Of a stretch of 64,000 nt of DNA, positions 62,757-64,000 are shown piece by piece. Position 1 is the first letter of the stretch. Each line of letters begins with the position of its first letter. This stretch comes from a virus: the IMG/VR virus record IMGVR_UViG_3300032053_000048, positions 8,898 to 72,897 of that record; one strand, written 5' to 3'. The notes under the pieces were generated by a model. It saw nothing but the letters and a program-made list of their open reading frames with translations, searched no databases and was not told the DNA's origin. The position numbers were made by a program, and so were the translations under genes.

Positions 62757-64000
62757 CTATCTGAGTTTTCCGGCATATCGTTTCTCAATATCAGAGATAA
62801 TCCCTGTTACAAAGGAATCATCGAGTACAAGGCCTCCAAAGACGATTATGAACTGTTTGCAGCTGAATCCTGATCTACCGAGTATCAGTTCTTCGGTTCC
62901 AACCGATATCACGTTAGAGGCTGTCTGGGAGAACCAGTTTTTCTTGTCGATTGTACCGAATAGGTAGAGTGTAAATGGGGCCTCTACTCCGGGGTTTATA
63001 AGTCCGTACAGGAGTGTTCTGTGGAGTTTTTTGAGGCTCACGTCCTCTCCGTACTTCATTGGTCGGGTTTCGGCATGGACCATTATCTCCTGTGCGGTGG
63101 TTGTACGTTCAGTGTTGAGATCATCGAGATTATGGGCGCTATCTTCGTATCTGGCACCGTAGATATTGGGAAAGTCATATACAAATGCGTCCCAGACGTT
63201 TGTGATTTTGAACCAGGCTTTGCTGGTGATGTTATAGACGTAAGAGTAAGCGTATGCGTTATTTGAGACAATGATTTCCTTGGCTATCTCGGTGTTTGGG
63301 AGGTTTACGGTGCAGTAAGCGAATATAGCACCGGCAGCGTATGTCTCGAATTCCACTGTATCCAGGAATGGTTGTATCTGGTAGGTATTCGGGTCGTTGA
63401 TGATTTTCTGGTAGTCGAGTAATTCCGAGAGCGGGGAAGTGGCTTTTCCGATCATCTGTTCGGAAATGTTTAATGGGTCCCTCCCGGATATTACCATCAG
63501 GCCCTCTGTTGACATGAAGATCACTGCTCCGTCAATTCCTATGATGGATTTGGGGTTATTGCAGACCTTTCCTGAGAGTGGGTGTATGCTGTCGATGAGT
63601 ATATCACCTCCTCCGATGTTCAGGGCCCATATTCCTCGCGAGGTAAAGACGAATATCGGGTATTGTCCGAACTGGCTGGCACCCAGGGGTACTGCGTTTG
63701 TGGCCATTCCCCGGACGAAACCATCAACTCTGTAGGAATTCAGGGCCGGGTAGTAGTAAGGGTTCTCGAATTCCGTTGCCTGTATGCGGTCAGGGTCGGA
63801 GTAGGTGTCGTCTATTGTCAGGGTTATAGAGGGCCATGAGGTAGGAACTGCAGCGAGGGTGTACCAGCCAAGTGATAGCAGAGGATATATCCAGATGCTG
63901 AAGTTCAGACCTATCATCTGTTTGATCGTCTGAGTATCTGCCCGTCTTGTCACCTGATCTGCTCCTTTGTACCAGACCTCGAAACTCTTTGCCCGACTGT
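62757..64000 (-). CDS. Tail tubular / stabilization (P22 gp10-like beta-propeller) protein, 5' part outside the window
   Basis: SQFGQYPIFVFTSRGIWAL, VCNNPKSI, VIFMSTEGLM and ETRPMK motifs; frame open to the window edge. Confidence 0.65.
   Translation of the reverse strand, partial: SRAKSFEVWYKGADQVTRRADTQTIKQMIGLNFSIWIYPLLSLGWYTLAAVPTSWPSITLTIDDTYSDPDRIQATEFENPYYYPALNSYRVDGFVRGMATNAVPLGASQFGQYPIFVFTSRGIWALNIGGGDILIDSIHPLSGKVCNNPKSIIGIDGAVIFMSTEGLMVISGRDPLNISEQMIGKATSPLSELLDYQKIINDPNTYQIQPFLDTVEFETYAAGAIFAYCTVNLPNTEIAKEIIVSNNAYAYSYVYNITSKAWFKITNVWDAFVYDFPNIYGARYEDSAHNLDDLNTERTTTAQEIMVHAETRPMKYGEDVSLKKLHRTLLYGLINPGVEAPFTLYLFGTIDKKNWFSQTASNVISVGTEELILGRSGFSCKQFIIVFGGLVLDDSFVTGIISDIEKRYAGKLR

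Noticed and set aside
1-64000. Stop-codon reassignment as in some crAss-like phages
   Set aside because: Code-11 ORFs tile both arms densely, with intact long genes and coupled starts and stops.

Overview
The window is a large part of a tailed dsDNA phage or prophage genome, probably podovirus-like. Repeated TAnnTTTG promoter boxes and AT-rich gene starts without obvious Shine-Dalgarno sequences point to a Bacteroidota host. Left arm (+ strand, 1-41005): a >3900-aa DarB-like polyvalent protein (adenine methylase, Strawberry-notch helicase, zincin, LPD38-like C-terminus), portal, an inverted terminase cassette, scaffold, major capsid protein, tail/fibre genes and a lysis cassette (amidase, holin, u-spanin). 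Right arm (- strand, 41114-61521): early/replication genes (RecT, SMC-like ATPase, MBL hydrolase, antirepressor, replication initiator with DnaC-like loader, DUF5131, C5-methylase-like, TopoVI-A-like Toprim, RadC). These are followed by a repeat-rich non-coding region (61522-62175) and a tail gene that runs off the right edge. The top finding is an unannotated ~80-nt transcription unit at ~41004-41084 (-), with its own promoter, 5' hairpin and terminator. Its unpaired middle (UUCGUCCGUCAGAUGUGUAGU) is complementary, in sliding registers, to sequence at or near the start codons of about 9 early genes up to 20 kb away, suggesting a trans-acting phage sRNA regulon. Other highlights: two +1-frame genes nested in linkers of the giant protein, a Tat-signal protein carrying a copy of a portal segment, an armless tRNA-like element, a capsid protein with a hydrophobic leader, and a gene array built from shared microhomology modules. 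All product calls come from motif recognition by eye; no database searches were run.
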